64,000 bases of DNA from an uncultured Clostridia bacterium (GCA_946538975.1 CAMNHF010000001.1:10431-74430), one strand, 5' to 3'; positions 24,155 to 35,250 are shown, numbered from the stretch's first letter. A program made the numbers and translations. Notes: generated by a model from the letters alone, not told the origin.

Positions 24155-27100
24155 TTACGGCACAAGGACGAAGCCGAATCCATACTTTTTGGCGAAGAAC
24201 TCCGCGTAGCTGCCCTCCCGGCCGAAGATCGTCAGCCCGATGACCCCGCTGAAGGCGTCCTGCGCGATGCCGGTGCAGCTCTCGGGGATGTAGATCTGGA
24301 TGAGGTTCGGGCAGTCGGCGAAGGCGCGGCTGCGGATGGCCGTCACCGACTCCGGCAGCAGCACCCGCTTGGCCAGCGTGCCATAGAACGCCTCCACGTC
24401 GATGGTGGAGAAGGCCGGCGGCAGGGTGATGTCCGGGGTGGTGAACGGCGTGTCGAGCCATTCGAAATCGATGCTGTTTGCTTCGGCATACAGATGCGCC
24501 GCGGAGCCGTCCCAGCAGTAGATCAGCGTAACACCGGAATTCTGGAAGACATCTTCATCGATAAACGTCACGCTCTTCGGGATCGTGATCGTAGTCAGAG
24601 ATTGGGCTCCGGCGAAGGCCAGCCATTCAATCCTTTCAACACCCTCCGGAACGGTGTATTCATTGGCCGTCGAATTGATCGGATACCAGACCAGACGATG
24701 ATCAGCAAGGCCAATGAGTGCGTCATTCTGAATGCTGTAGTACGGGCTCCTGCTGGCCACTGTGATACTGCCCAGATTTGCGCAGTATGCGTATGCAGCA
24801 GCATCGATATAACTGACGCTCGCAGGGATGCTTGCTCTCGTCAGTGATTCACACCACGCAAAGGCAGCAAAGCCGATTGTCTCAACGCCGTCCGGAACAT
24901 GGAAGGCAGAAAGCGATGTGCAGTATTCAAAGCTTGCAGTTCCAATCGTTCTGAGCGTAGACGTGTCAACGATCGATCCCAGATTCGAGCAGCCATAGAA
25001 TGCATAACTGCCAATGGAGGTGACGCCGTCTTCAATCACCAGCGCCACGATATCGCTGCCCCACGGTGCAGAGGTTCTCCACGGATTCTCCAGCAGACCG
25101 TAATCCCACATATCTCCTGTGCCGGAGATGATGAGTTCAGTCCCGTTCTTCCGCCAGGTCAAATTGTCACCACAGGCGCCGCCGATGATGATATATGGGA
25201 TGCTGTTGTCGATGGCATACTGATGCGCCGCGGAGCCATCCCAGCAGTAGATGGTCAGATTCGGGCATTCTGCGAAGGCATCGGTTTCGATTGTGGCTAC
25301 AGAGTTCGGAATGGTCACAGTGGTCAGCCCGCTGCAGGCGAAGGCCCGGGTGCCGATGAATGTAACCGTTTCCGGGATGGTGACTGTCTCAAGGCTCGTA
25401 TGGTCAAAGGCATACCAGCTGATCTCACGCAGGCCCTCCGGCAGAGAAACGGAGGACAAAGCCTCGCAGTGCTCAAACGCGCCGCCGCCGATGTATGTCA
25501 CGCTGTCCGGGATCACAACGGATGTAACCTGATTGCATCCCTGGAAAGCGTACATGCCGATCGACGTGATGCCGTCGCTCAGAGAGATGGTGTTGATTCC
25601 ATCAGCAAATGTGTACCAACGGGATGCATAGGATTCGGAGCTCCACATATCCCCCGTGCCGGAGACCGTGAGCGTGCCGTCCGCATAGCGCCAGGTCAGA
25701 TTGTCGCCACAGGCGCCGCCGACCTGCACGAAGGCCCAGGACTGGTTCTGCGCGTACTCACCTGCGTTATTCTCCCACTGATGCACGTTCGATCCACCGG
25801 CTATACCACTCTGAATATCCGCTGACATACCACTCGAGCGTGCGCGGAGCCTGTAACCGTAATCTGTGGATTCAATCGACCACTGCTGACGCGTGCTGCC
25901 AGTGTAGGCACTCATTTCAATATTGTCGCGCCAGGCCACGCCGCTGCCAGCAACTGTCAGCGCCATCTGGGTATCCATCTGCTTGATCGCATAGAAGCCG
26001 TTGCTTAGATAGGTCAGCGTCCATGTGTCATAAGCTGGAGCGTTGTCGGAAGACAGCCTCACATTCGTGCCTTCTGCTGCAGGTACAGCGGAGCCAATAG
26101 GATCCATATAATACTTATTGTCTACCGCAACACGAATCTCATAATCACCATCCGGCAGCACCTGACCGGCACCGGAGGACATCTCGGAACCATTCTGACC
26201 CCATGCGGCATAGAGCGTAATATCGGCATTGCCGCTGTAGGTCGCACCCGGGTAGTAAACCGTGCCGTCCGATAGTGTCCACCAAAGGAAGGTATACCCA
26301 TCCCTCGTGGGGTTATTGCTGGCCAGGGTCAGATCAACATCGCGCGTCTTGGTCTGGTTTGCGGGCATGTTGCTGACCGGATCGGTGGTGTTGGCGTCGT
26401 AGGTGACGGTGAAGGTGTCAACCGTCCAATGTGCATACAGTGTGTGATTCCCTGCTGTGCTCACAGTCGTTGCACTTGAAATCTGAGACCCGCCGCTGGA
26501 TGCTGTGTACCATCCATCAAAGGAATATCCCGAGCGACTCGGCGTTGGCAGATCGCCATAAGCACTGCCGTAAGTTACAGACTTGCTGCCGGTGTTTACG
26601 GAACCGCCATTTGCATTGAAGGTAACCGTTTCGGGCAGTCTGGCCACACTTCTTGTCTGGCTGACATAGCCGCACTTGGAGCACTGATAGGCTTCGGTTC
26701 CTTCGGAAGTGTACGTCGGCTCGACGGTGCGCACCCAGGAGAAGGAGTGGTTGCAATTCACGGCAACAGAGCAGGTTGCTGTCTTTCCACCATCCACTGT
26801 TGTCACTGTGATCGTCGCTGTACCCCGATTCACACCGGTGACGACGCCATTGGAAACTGTCGCAACAGAGGTGTTACTACTCGTCCACGTCACATTCTTG
26901 TTGGTCGCATTAGAGGGGGAGACGGTGGCAACCAACGTCTCCTGGCTGCCTTCAACGATGGTCGTGCTAGTTTTGTTTAGGGAGACACCCGTAACGTCGA
27001 CATAGGAAACGGACGCGCTGCTGGTTGCTGTGCTTCCGCTGGTTACTGCGTTCACCTTCATATCAAGCCTGACAGATCTTCCTGCACTGTCTGTGCCGAT

Positions 27101-28135
27101 GAGCGACCATGTATACGCGCCAGCCGCAGTGATCAAATTGAACTTGATACTGGAGTCTATTGTTTTGATGGTAAACGATTTGCCGCTCAAGCCGCTCTTG
27201 GTATAGTTGGTGATCACTTTGCCGTCACTGTCCCGCGTGATAATGGACTGAATGCTCGTCAAGTGATCGGCATTGGTGACCAGCGTGCCGCCCTGCAGGT
27301 ACCATCCGTTTGTGGTGTCAATTTTGAAAGTTTTCGGATAGACTACGTCGCGGAACTCAAGCGTAGTGGCAGGAGTTACAGTCTGCGGGTGCTTCAGGAT
27401 GTACCCGCCTGCGTTTTTGACCAGTGAAAGAATTGTGCTCATGGATTTGTTGCTGCTGTTTCCATTGTAGTAGCCCCAGGCAATTTGGCAACCTACAGCA
27501 GAACCATGATTCTTCATTGGTGTTCCATCTTTGTTAACGCCTGTAGAATGATTACCCCACACTTCTGCCACTGTTACAGTAGTACCTGATACCTGATACA
27601 CAATTGCAGAATGGATCGAATTACCCTGGCAGATGATGTCACCTGGTTCAAGTGTAACTGATGAGACAGCACTGCCTGATACTTTACTCCAACCGTTGCA
27701 GTTCTGCGGGTTTCCATATTCCGGCCACAGCAAATACCCCATCCATCTGGCAAAACCATAGCACTGAGTGCCGCCTGCAAAAGAATTGCTTGTGCATTTA
27801 TATCCATGGCATGAACATGCAGTTTTTGAGTTGTGTTTACATCCAGAGCTGGTCACACCAAAAGCTGACTGTGACCATGAAGAACTATTCGCAGCCGCAA
27901 TCAACTGGGATTCTGACTTCCCGCCACTCCAATACTTTCCATTAGGAAAATACGTTTTCAATTCGGTCATTCGTGAAGTTATGGCAGATAAACTGCTGTA
28001 CTGGTCGGCGTGTGCTGTCTCAGGAATTATGAAGCCACAGAAACAAATCGACATCATCAAAAGGAATAATAATGCAGCTCTAACTGGCGTTCTCACATTT
28101 GCCATACTGGATCCTCCCGTTTTCTCCTTCATCAT
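24155..28135 (-). CDS. giant secreted multidomain protein: CHAP-like amidase, Big_2, Listeria-Bacteroides repeats, ricin-type lectin and two BspA-type LRR modules
   Basis: 1326 aa with a signal/anchor at the N-terminus. CHAP-like [10 protein letters not shown]...[16 protein letters not shown]...VAEVWG. Big_2 VTGVSLNK...[13 protein letters not shown]. Two [15 protein letters not shown] repeats. QxW triplet (QQW, HQW, QSW). Two LRR modules each opening with [11 protein letters not shown]. Confidence 0.8.
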   Translation of the reverse strand: MMKEKTGGSSMANVRTPVRAALLFLLMMSICFCGFIIPETAHADQYSSLSAITSRMTELKTYFPNGKYWSGGKSESQLIAAANSSSWSQSAFGVTSSGCKHNSKTACSCHGYKCTSNSFAGGTQCYGFARWMGYLLWPEYGNPQNCNGWSKVSGSAVSSVTLEPGDIICQGNSIHSAIVYQVSGTTVTVAEVWGNHSTGVNKDGTPMKNHGSAVGCQIAWGYYNGNSSNKSMSTILSLVKNAGGYILKHPQTVTPATTLEFRDVVYPKTFKIDTTNGWYLQGGTLVTNADHLTSIQSIITRDSDGKVITNYTKSGLSGKSFTIKTIDSSIKFNLITAAGAYTWSLIGTDSAGRSVRLDMKVNAVTSGSTATSSASVSYVDVTGVSLNKTSTTIVEGSQETLVATVSPSNATNKNVTWTSSNTSVATVSNGVVTGVNRGTATITVTTVDGGKTATCSVAVNCNHSFSWVRTVEPTYTSEGTEAYQCSKCGYVSQTRSVARLPETVTFNANGGSVNTGSKSVTYGSAYGDLPTPSRSGYSFDGWYTASSGGSQISSATTVSTAGNHTLYAHWTVDTFTVTYDANTTDPVSNMPANQTKTRDVDLTLASNNPTRDGYTFLWWTLSDGTVYYPGATYSGNADITLYAAWGQNGSEMSSGAGQVLPDGDYEIRVAVDNKYYMDPIGSAVPAAEGTNVRLSSDNAPAYDTWTLTYLSNGFYAIKQMDTQMALTVAGSGVAWRDNIEMSAYTGSTRQQWSIESTDYGYRLRARSSGMSADIQSGIAGGSNVHQWENNAGEYAQNQSWAFVQVGGACGDNLTWRYADGTLTVSGTGDMWSSESYASRWYTFADGINTISLSDGITSIGMYAFQGCNQVTSVVIPDSVTYIGGGAFEHCEALSSVSLPEGLREISWYAFDHTSLETVTIPETVTFIGTRAFACSGLTTVTIPNSVATIETDAFAECPNLTIYCWDGSAAHQYAIDNSIPYIIIGGACGDNLTWRKNGTELIISGTGDMWDYGLLENPWRTSAPWGSDIVALVIEDGVTSIGSYAFYGCSNLGSIVDTSTLRTIGTASFEYCTSLSAFHVPDGVETIGFAAFAWCESLTRASIPASVSYIDAAAYAYCANLGSITVASRSPYYSIQNDALIGLADHRLVWYPINSTANEYTVPEGVERIEWLAFAGAQSLTTITIPKSVTFIDEDVFQNSGVTLIYCWDGSAAHLYAEANSIDFEWLDTPFTTPDITLPPAFSTIDVEAFYGTLAKRVLLPESVTAIRSRAFADCPNLIQIYIPESCTGIAQDAFSGVIGLTIFGREGSYAEFFAKKYGFGFVLVP

Positions 28136-28304
28136 GACCTTTTCCTCCTCATTTTTTACACCCTTGCAGATTCCAATCCAATCCTCATCTTCCGCGCTTC
28201 CTCAACTCCCGTTCAGCCTGCGGTTACGCCGGATCATGCAGCCTCCCCTCCTCCGGTTCAATGGTTCGTTAATGTCTGCATTTGCGTACTCTTATGCGAT
28301 TATG

Positions 28305-28333
28305 ACTATATCACATTCTTCCAGTTTGCGCAA
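28305..28333 (-). promoter_or_regulatory. putative promoter of the giant surface-protein gene
   Basis: Minus strand TTGCGC, 17 nt, TATAGT with an upstream TG, about 170 nt before the ATG. Confidence 0.4.
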
Positions 28334-28413
28334 GTATGAATACGAAGCTGCGCAATATTTTGGGAAACGCAGCGGCACGAACATGCCCCCTTGACATTCC
28401 TTGCCGTCCGGGC

Positions 28414-28442
28414 TTGCTTTTTTCTCCTGCATCAGGTACAAT
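28414..28442 (+). promoter_or_regulatory. putative promoter of degV-family gene
   Basis: TTGCTT, 17 nt, TACAAT about 90 nt upstream of the chosen start. Confidence 0.4.
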
Positions 28443-28530
28443 GCACCTGTATATCTTTTTATTCCCCGAGAGTCCCGCGCGGGCGGAAAACAGCCGGCAA
28501 CGGCATATGCAAGGGAGGATGATCCGGGCC

Positions 28531-29400
28531 ATGGATTATGTTTTCATGACGGACAGCGACAGCGATCTGCCGTATGACCTGAAAGTCAGGTACGACATTC
28601 CGGTGGTCTACATGCCCTACACCCTGGATGGCAAGCAGTACTACGACGACCTGGGGCAGTCGCTGGATCACGCAGCCTACTTCCAGGCCATGCGCGACGG
28701 CGCGATGGCGACCACCAGCGCCCTCAACAAGCAGAACTATCTCGACTACTTTGAGCCGATCCTCCGCGAGAAGGACCTGCTCTTCATCGCCTTCTCCAGC
28801 CAGATGTCGATGACGATCCGCGAGGTGTACGCCGCGCGCGAGGAGCTGCTGGCGAAGTACCCGGAGCGCAAGTTCATCGTGGTGGACACGCTCTCCATCT
28901 CCGTGCCGATGACGCTGCTGGTGCTCAAGGCCCATGAGCTGTACCGCGCCGGCAAGCCCATCGAGGAGGTGGCGAAGTGGGTGGAGGACAACCGCACCCG
29001 CGCGCAGGCCTTCTTCACGGTGGACGATCTGAAATACCTCCGCCGGGGCGGGCGGATCTCCGCCACGGCCGCGATGATGGGCAACATGCTGGACCTCAAG
29101 CCGATCATCGTCGAGGGCCGCGATGGCAAGCTGATCAGCGTGGACAAGGTCCGCGGCCGCAAAAAGGCGGTCAACTACATCGTGGAGCACTCCGTGGAGC
29201 AGATCGAGGATCAGAAGGAGTCCATCGGCGTGGTGCTGCACGCGGACGCGGCCGAGGAGGCCGAGCGGATGCGCGCCATGCTGCAGGCCCGACTGCCGGA
29301 GATGACCATCCGCGTGGACAACATCGGCCCGGTCATCGGCGCCCACTGCGGCCCGGGCACGCTGGCCTTCTGCTTCCTGGGCAAGGAACGCCCCTACTGA
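28531..29400 (+). CDS. DegV family fatty-acid-binding protein
   Basis: MDYVFMTDSDSDLP...TSALN...ISVDKVRGRKKA...GPVIGAHCGPGTLAF are typical DegV blocks. Start at an internal Met (aa 66 of ORF 28336..29400); 28519 is also possible. Confidence 0.8.
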   Translation: MDYVFMTDSDSDLPYDLKVRYDIPVVYMPYTLDGKQYYDDLGQSLDHAAYFQAMRDGAMATTSALNKQNYLDYFEPILREKDLLFIAFSSQMSMTIREVYAAREELLAKYPERKFIVVDTLSISVPMTLLVLKAHELYRAGKPIEEVAKWVEDNRTRAQAFFTVDDLKYLRRGGRISATAAMMGNMLDLKPIIVEGRDGKLISVDKVRGRKKAVNYIVEHSVEQIEDQKESIGVVLHADAAEEAERMRAMLQARLPEMTIRVDNIGPVIGAHCGPGTLAFCFLGKERPY

Positions 29401-29411
29401 GCACCCTTCAC

Positions 29412-29443
29412 AGAAGCTGTCTCCGGGCGGCTTCTTTTTTTTT
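29412..29443 (+). terminator. probable terminator after degV-family gene
   Basis: AGAAGC...GCTTCT hairpin followed by T9-10. Confidence 0.45.
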
Positions 29444-29590
29444 GCAAAAACCGCCCCGGCACAGCGCATCCACAGAAAAAGCCCCCCTTTCCCCAAGGAA
29501 AGGCCTTTGGGGAAAGATGGGGGTCTGGGGGAAGGAAAGCCCTTTTCCGCCCGGAAAAGGGTTTCCTTCCCCCAGAAACTGCACATCAAT
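29441..29590 (-). repeat. MITE/REP-like intergenic repeat, copy C (truncated, same orientation as B)
   Basis: Contains the core ctgggggaaggaaagcccttttccgcccggaaaagggtttccttccccc and the ccccaaggaaaggcctttgggg hairpin. It lacks the distal ~60 bp and ends ...gcacatcaat next to the glucokinase stop. Confidence 0.65.
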
Positions 29591-29594
29591 CGCT

Positions 29595-30536
29595 TTACTG
29601 CAGCATGGCCGCGCCGATGATGCCGGCGTCGGAGCCGAGGCTGGCGATCTCGATGCGGGCGAAGGGCAGCTCCTTGTACAGGATGTACTTCGGCACTTCC
29701 GCGCGCACCGCGTCCAGCAGGAAGCTGCCGGCCTTGCTGACGCCGCCGCCCAGCACGATGATCTCCGGGTCAAAGAAATTCACCACATTGCTGATGGCCT
29801 GGCCCAGGTAGCGCACATAGCGGCGGAACACCTTCAGCGCGACCTCGTCGCCGTCCTTCGCGGCGTCGAAGACGATCTTCGCGTTCATCTTCGCCGGGTC
29901 GGAGTGGCACATGGCCATCATCGCGCTGCCGGGGTGCACCTTCAGCTGCTCCCGGGCCATCCGGATGATGGCGGTGGCGGAGCAGTACCGCTCCAGGCAG
30001 CCGTGATTCCCGCAGGTGCAGGGCTCGCCGTCCAGCTCCAGGATCATGTGGCCGATCTCGCTGCCCACGCCGTGGGCGCCGCTCCACACCTTGCCGCCGA
30101 TGATGATGCCGCCGCCTACGCCGGTGCCCAGGGTCAGGAAGACGCTGCTGGACGTGCCGGCGCTGACGCCCGTCACGCTCTCGGCCAGGCCGGCCACGGT
30201 GGCGTCATTGTCGATGAAGACAGGACGGTCGATGTGCTTGCGGAATTCCTCGCGGAAGGGCACGTGCACCCAGTTCATGTTCGGGCAGTAGACCACCACG
30301 CCGGTGTCCCGCTGCGAGATGCCGGGCACGCCCGCGCCGATGGAGACAACCTCCTCCAGCTTGTGCCCGGAGCGCGCAAGGGTGTCCAGGGCGCAGGCCG
30401 CCATCTGGGCCACCTGCTCCGCGAAGGGCAGATCAATCCGGGTCACGATGGAGCCTTTCTCCAGGATGCGCCCTTCCTCATCCACCACACCGATCTGAAT
30501 GCCGGTTCCGCCGACGTCGAGTCCGATTCTGACCAT
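29595..30536 (-). CDS. ROK family glucokinase
   Basis: MVRIGLDVGGTGIQIGVV (ATP-binding DxGGT), FIDNDATVAGLAE, and the zinc motif GHMILELDGEPCTCGNHGCLE. RBS GGAGG 8 nt upstream of this Met. Confidence 0.85.
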   Translation of the reverse strand: MVRIGLDVGGTGIQIGVVDEEGRILEKGSIVTRIDLPFAEQVAQMAACALDTLARSGHKLEEVVSIGAGVPGISQRDTGVVVYCPNMNWVHVPFREEFRKHIDRPVFIDNDATVAGLAESVTGVSAGTSSSVFLTLGTGVGGGIIIGGKVWSGAHGVGSEIGHMILELDGEPCTCGNHGCLERYCSATAIIRMAREQLKVHPGSAMMAMCHSDPAKMNAKIVFDAAKDGDEVALKVFRRYVRYLGQAISNVVNFFDPEIIVLGGGVSKAGSFLLDAVRAEVPKYILYKELPFARIEIASLGSDAGIIGAAMLQ

Positions 30537-30604
30537 GGGGTTCGCCTCCATCATTGTTGTGCTGTTTTCTTTGCGCCGCATTCCCGCGGGACAGGAAACG
30601 AAAA

Positions 30605-31543
30605 TCAGTTGGGATCCGCCGGGCCGTCGACAGTGCGCTGAATGCTGTCGTTCACGCGGCGCTCCAGCTCCATCGCGGCGTTGTAGCCCAGCCGCTTGAG
30701 CGAGAGATTGCGGGCGGCCACCTCCACGATGATGGCCATGTTCCGCCCGGGGCGCACCGGCGTGAGCTGGCGGGGGATCCGCACACCGAGGATGTCGGTG
30801 AATTCCTCCGTCAGGCCGAAGCGGTCGTAATCCCGGCCCTCCACCCAGGGCTCCAGATGCATCTCCAGGTCGATGGGCTTGCTGGCCTCCACCGCGCCGA
30901 TGCCGAACATGGCCCGCACGTCGATGATGCCGATGCCGCGGATCTCCATCATGTGGCGCACCATCTCGGGGCATTCGCCGATGATCTTGTCATCGGAGAC
31001 GCGGCAGATGTCCACCACGTCGTCCGCCACCAGCTGATGGCCGCGCTTGACCAGCTCCAGCGCCGTCTCGCTCTTGCCGACGCCGCTCTCGCCGGTGATC
31101 AGCACGCCGATCCCGTACACGTCCACCAGCACCGCGTGCCGGGTGATGCGCGGGGCCAGCGCGTGGCTCAGGTAGTCGATGGCGGCCAGGGAAAGCCCGG
31201 TCGTCACCTGCTCCGTCAGGTACACCGCCACATCATGCCGCTGCGCGATGGTCAGCAGATCCTCCGGCGGCCGCATGCCCCGGCAGCAGATGACGCAGGG
31301 GATGTCGTAGGAGAAATAGCGCTCCAGCATGGCCCGGCGCGCCTCGGGCTCCATCTCCTCCAGGTAGGACATTTCCACCTTGCCGATCACCTGGATGCGG
31401 TTGTGGGCAAAATGCTCATAGAAGCCGCAGAACTGCATGCCGGGTCGGTTCAGGTCGGCGGTGGGCACGTCCCAGGCCATCCGGGTGGAGGGGCTGAGCT
31501 CCGTCAGATGCAGTCTCCGCGCAAAATCGGTGGCTTCAATCAT
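30605..31543 (-). CDS. hprK: HPr kinase/phosphorylase
   Basis: P-loop GESGVGKSETALELVKRGHQLVADD and the downstream IRGIGIIDV block. RBS GGAGGAGGAG. Confidence 0.9.
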   Translation of the reverse strand: MIEATDFARRLHLTELSPSTRMAWDVPTADLNRPGMQFCGFYEHFAHNRIQVIGKVEMSYLEEMEPEARRAMLERYFSYDIPCVICCRGMRPPEDLLTIAQRHDVAVYLTEQVTTGLSLAAIDYLSHALAPRITRHAVLVDVYGIGVLITGESGVGKSETALELVKRGHQLVADDVVDICRVSDDKIIGECPEMVRHMMEIRGIGIIDVRAMFGIGAVEASKPIDLEMHLEPWVEGRDYDRFGLTEEFTDILGVRIPRQLTPVRPGRNMAIIVEVAARNLSLKRLGYNAAMELERRVNDSIQRTVDGPADPN

Positions 31544-32360
31544 GGGGCTCCTCCTCCCACAGGCGGCGAAGCCAGCGGGCGACGCCGTCCTCCATATTGC
31601 TTCCGGTGACCTCATCGCAGGCGGTGATGACCTCGGAGCGGGCGTTGGCCACGGCGACGCTCCGGCCGGCGGCGCGCAGCATGGCCAGATCGTTCAGGCT
31701 GTCCCCGAAGGCGGCCGCGCCCTCCATGGGAAAGCCCAGAAGCTCCGCGCAGCCGCGCAGGGCGCTGCCCTTGTCGGCCATGGGCGGATTGCACTCCAAG
31801 AAGTGCGGCTTGGAGCAGGTGACCATGGCCACCCCCTCCAGCTCGTCCCGGAAGCGGGGAAGCAGCTCCGCGATGCGCGCCGGTGTGTCCATCATCAGGA
31901 TTTTGGGCGTGGGATGGCGGCGGATGAACCCGGCCAGATCCGGCGTCAGCTCACCGCGCAGCATTGAGGAGGCGGCATAGGCCCAGGCGAATTCCCCTTC
32001 CTTATTATAGTAGAAGGATTCACCCTCGTAGGTCTGCATGTACAGCCCGCAGCGGCTGCCCATGTCCACGATGCGAAGGGCGGTCTCCTCCGGGAAGCGG
32101 CGGCACAGCAGCATCGTCCCGTCGGGGCGGCGAATCTCCGCGCCGTTGCAGGCGATGCACAGCTCCGCGCAGCCGATGCGGCGGACAAAGGGCAGCATGC
32201 TGTCGAAAGCGCGCCCGCTGGCCGGGATCACGTGGATCCCGCGCGCCGCCGCCTCCCGCAGCGTCTCCACCGTCTCCGCGGAGATGGTCAGATCGTCCCG
32301 CAGCAGGGTGTCGTCCAGGTCAAAAGCCACCGCGCGCAGGTCAAATCCGCCGCCTGTCAT
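31536..32360 (-). CDS. Cof-type HAD-IIB family hydrolase
   Basis: AFDLDDTLL (DxDxT), IPASGR, and FGDSLNDLAML motifs. Overlaps the hprK start by 8 nt. Start at the second ATG after GGAGGG. Confidence 0.8.
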   Translation of the reverse strand: MTGGGFDLRAVAFDLDDTLLRDDLTISAETVETLREAAARGIHVIPASGRAFDSMLPFVRRIGCAELCIACNGAEIRRPDGTMLLCRRFPEETALRIVDMGSRCGLYMQTYEGESFYYNKEGEFAWAYAASSMLRGELTPDLAGFIRRHPTPKILMMDTPARIAELLPRFRDELEGVAMVTCSKPHFLECNPPMADKGSALRGCAELLGFPMEGAAAFGDSLNDLAMLRAAGRSVAVANARSEVITACDEVTGSNMEDGVARWLRRLWEEEPHD

Positions 32361-32533
32361 CCGCATCCCTCCAATTGCAACAGCATTATAGCAGAGAAAT
32401 GCAAAATGCGCAATCATTTCCGGAAGCCTCCGCGCTCCGCCCGACTTCCCCAATGCGCAAAAGAAAATCCCCGTGCAGCAGGGCTTCACGGGGATCTTTT
32501 GCCGCCTATTGCAGGACAGCCATAAGGCCTGAA

Positions 32534-32704
32534 TTACTTCTGGGCCGGCGCGCCAACGGGGCAGACGGACTCGCAAGCGCCGCACTCCACGCACAGCTCT
32601 TCGTTGATTTCGTACTTTCCGTCACCCATCGAGATCGCTTCCACGGGGCAGCCTTCCACGCAGCTGCCGCAAGCGATGCACGCATCAGAGATCTGATATG
32701 CCAT
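32534..32704 (-). CDS. 2x[4Fe-4S] ferredoxin (56 aa, below ORF-track cutoff)
   Basis: My translation: MAYQISDACIACGSCVEGCPVEAISMGDGKYEINEELCVECGACESVCPVGAPAQK. Two CxxCxxCxxxCP motifs. RBS GGAGGTG. Confidence 0.85.
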   Translation of the reverse strand: MAYQISDACIACGSCVEGCPVEAISMGDGKYEINEELCVECGACESVCPVGAPAQK

Positions 32705-32804
32705 TCCTTGTCACCTCCTTCGGATGATCTGGGATCCGGTTCTATCATCGGCGGCCTGCGGCCAAAGGGCCTGGCCGCTGCATGCTTCATCTGGAACCAT
32801 TTTG

Positions 32805-32835
32805 ATTATACCACAAGGCCCCGGCAGAAAGTCAA
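32805..32835 (-). promoter_or_regulatory. possible promoter of the ferredoxin gene
   Basis: Minus strand TTGACT, 19 nt, TATAAT with an upstream TG. The spacer is longer than optimal. Confidence 0.35.
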
Positions 32836-32969
32836 GTCTAACTCGGTGGTTTTCATGGAAAATCCGGAAAAATTTTTTGCCATGTTAGACATATCAAACC
32901 ACATCCGGCGCTGTCCGGGCCGCCTGCCGGGGCGCAAAAGCGGCGGCCCGGCTATCCCCCGCAGGAAAG

Positions 32970-32999
32970 CAAAAAGCGCACGGCGGGTCTGCCGTGCGC
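32970..32999 (-). terminator. rho-independent terminator after serA
   Basis: Minus strand GCGCACGGC, agaccc, GCCGTGCGC followed by TTTTTGC. Confidence 0.65.
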
Positions 33000-33011
33000 G
33001 GGGATAAGCTG

Positions 33012-34178
33012 TCAGGCGCGGGTGAGCGTGCGTACGCGCAGCACGTTTTCCTGCGCGGCAATCTCATTGATGACCGCCTCGGGCAGCGCATCGTCCAGAT
33101 CGAAGACCGTGTAGGCGTACTGCTTGCGGCTGCGGTTCACCATGCTGTCGATGTTGATGCCCCTGGCGCCGATCAGCGAGGTCATCGCGCTGACCGTGTT
33201 GGGCAGGTTGCGGTGCAGCACCGCCACGCGGTAGCGGAAGGCCGGCGGCAGGTCGGTGTCCGGGAAGTTGACGGAATGCGTGATCGCGCCGGTGGTCAGG
33301 TAGGCGTCAATCTCGCGGGCCGCCATGGCGACGCAGTTGTTCTCGCTCTCCTCGGTGGAGGCGCCCAGGTGCGGAATGGCGATGACGCCCTGATGGCCGA
33401 GAATCTGCGCATTCGGGAAGTCGGTGACATAGCGGCGCAGCCGGCCCTTGTCCAGGGCTTCCAGCAGGGCAGCGGTGTCCACGATCTCGCCGCGGGAGAA
33501 GTTCAGCAGGGCGGCGCCCTCCTTCATGCGGCTGAAGGCTTCCGCGCCGATGGAGCCGCGGGTCGCGTCCATCAGCGGCACATGCACGGTGATATAGTCG
33601 CTGTGGCTGTACAGCTCGGCCTCGCTGGCCACGTGCACCACCTTGCGGGACAGGCGCCAGGCGTTCTCCACGGAGATGAAGGGGTCATAGCCCAGCACGT
33701 TCATGCCCAGGGAGACCGCCGCGTTGGCCACCAGGCCGCCGATGCCGCCCAGGCCGATCACGCCCAGGGTGCGCCCCTGCAGCTCGATGCCGGCGAACTG
33801 GCTCTTGCCCTTCTCCACCTGCTTGCCGATGTCGTCGCCCTGCAGGCCCTTCGCCCACTCGATGCCGGCGACGATGTCACGGCTGGCCAGCAGCAGGGCC
33901 GCCAGCACCAGCTCCTTGACGGCGTTGGCGTTGGCGCCGGGGGTGTTGAAGACGACGACGCCCTTCTCGGCCATCTCGTCCAGCGGGATATTGTTGACGC
34001 CCGCGCCGGCCCGCGCCACGCAGCGGAGGCTCTCCGGCACGGCGAAGGAATGCATGTCGGCGCTGCGCACCATCACGGCGTCCATGTCCTCGCACTCGGC
34101 GGAGACGGTGTAGCTGTCCGCCGGGAGGATGCTCTGCCACACCGGCGCGATGCTGTTGAGCGTTTTGATCTTAAACAT
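33012..34178 (-). CDS. serA: D-3-phosphoglycerate dehydrogenase with C-terminal ACT domain
   Basis: NAD-binding LGVIGLGGIGG, 2-hydroxyacid dehydrogenase blocks, and an ACT-like tail. Start at MFKIKTLN, whose ATG overlaps the serC stop (ATGTTTAA) with AAGGAG upstream. Confidence 0.85.
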   Translation of the reverse strand: MFKIKTLNSIAPVWQSILPADSYTVSAECEDMDAVMVRSADMHSFAVPESLRCVARAGAGVNNIPLDEMAEKGVVVFNTPGANANAVKELVLAALLLASRDIVAGIEWAKGLQGDDIGKQVEKGKSQFAGIELQGRTLGVIGLGGIGGLVANAAVSLGMNVLGYDPFISVENAWRLSRKVVHVASEAELYSHSDYITVHVPLMDATRGSIGAEAFSRMKEGAALLNFSRGEIVDTAALLEALDKGRLRRYVTDFPNAQILGHQGVIAIPHLGASTEESENNCVAMAAREIDAYLTTGAITHSVNFPDTDLPPAFRYRVAVLHRNLPNTVSAMTSLIGARGINIDSMVNRSRKQYAYTVFDLDDALPEAVINEIAAQENVLRVRTLTRA

Positions 34179-35250
34179 GCGCTTCAAACTCCTTCATAAA
34201 GGCGACCAGCTTCTGCACGCCCGCCAGCGGCATGGCGTTGTAGATGCTCGCGCGGATGCCGCCCACCAGGCGGTGGCCCTTCAGGTTGACCAGCCCGTTC
34301 GCGGCGGCGGCCTTCACAAAGGCGGCGTCCGTGTCCGGATTGCCGGTGACGAAGGTGACGTTCATCAGGGAACGGTCGCGCTTGTCGGCGGTGCCGTGGA
34401 ACAGGCGGCTCTCATCGAGGAAGTCGTACAGCAGCTTCGCCTTCTCCTCGTTGACCTTCTGCATGGCCGCCACGCCGCCCTGCTCCTTGACCCACTCCAG
34501 GCACAGGCCGGCCATGTAGATCGTGTAGGTGGGCGGGGTGTTGATCATGCTGTCGGCCTCGGCCTGCTTCGCCCAGTTGAACAGCTTCGGCGCGCTCTTG
34601 CGGGTGCGGCCCAGCAGATCCTTCCGGACGATGACCAGCGCCATGCCGGCGGGGCCGATATTCTTCTGCGCGCCGGCGAACAGCACGCCGAATTTGCGGA
34701 TGTCCATCACCTCGGAGAGGATGTTGGAGGAAGCGTCGGCCACCAGCGGCACCACGCCGGTCTCCGGCAGCTTCGTGTAGCGGGTGCCGAAGATCGTGTT
34801 GTTGGTGGTGATGTAGAAATAGGCGGCCTGCGGGTCGAAATCAGCCTCGTTCCAGTCCGGGATGTGGGTGTAGTTATCCTCGCGGGAGGAGGCGACCACG
34901 CGCACATTGCCGTACTTCTGCGCCTCGGCGATGGCGCCGTGGGCGAAGTTGCCGGAGTCGATCGCGTCGCAGCTGCCGCCCTCCGGCAGGAGATTCAGCG
35001 GGATGGCGGAGAACTGCTCCGTGGCGCCGCCGTGCAGGAACAGCACCGCGTAATCCTCGGGCACGTCCATCACCTCGCGCACCAGCGCCTCGGTGCGGCG
35101 GTAGATCTCCAGATACATGCCGGAGCGATGGCTCATCTCCATCACGGACATGCCGGTCTCGCCATAACAGAGCATCTCGCGCTGGGCCTTCTCCAGGGCA
35201 GGCAGCGGCAGGGCCGCGGGGCCGGCGGCAAAATTGTAAACGCGTTCCAT
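34171..35250 (-). CDS. serC: phosphoserine aminotransferase
   Basis: YNFAAGPAALP...MEMSHRS...GAQKNIGPAGMALVIVR are typical SerC blocks. Start at the second ATG after AGGAGG. Confidence 0.9.
   Translation of the reverse strand: MERVYNFAAGPAALPLPALEKAQREMLCYGETGMSVMEMSHRSGMYLEIYRRTEALVREVMDVPEDYAVLFLHGGATEQFSAIPLNLLPEGGSCDAIDSGNFAHGAIAEAQKYGNVRVVASSREDNYTHIPDWNEADFDPQAAYFYITTNNTIFGTRYTKLPETGVVPLVADASSNILSEVMDIRKFGVLFAGAQKNIGPAGMALVIVRKDLLGRTRKSAPKLFNWAKQAEADSMINTPPTYTIYMAGLCLEWVKEQGGVAAMQKVNEEKAKLLYDFLDESRLFHGTADKRDRSLMNVTFVTGNPDTDAAFVKAAAANGLVNLKGHRLVGGIRASIYNAMPLAGVQKLVAFMKEFEAHV

Noticed and set aside
28336-28530. N-terminal 65-aa extension of the DegV ORF.
   Set aside because: The extension covers the predicted promoter and has no DegV similarity. 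The family-typical start (MDYVFMTDS) has an upstream GGGAGG.
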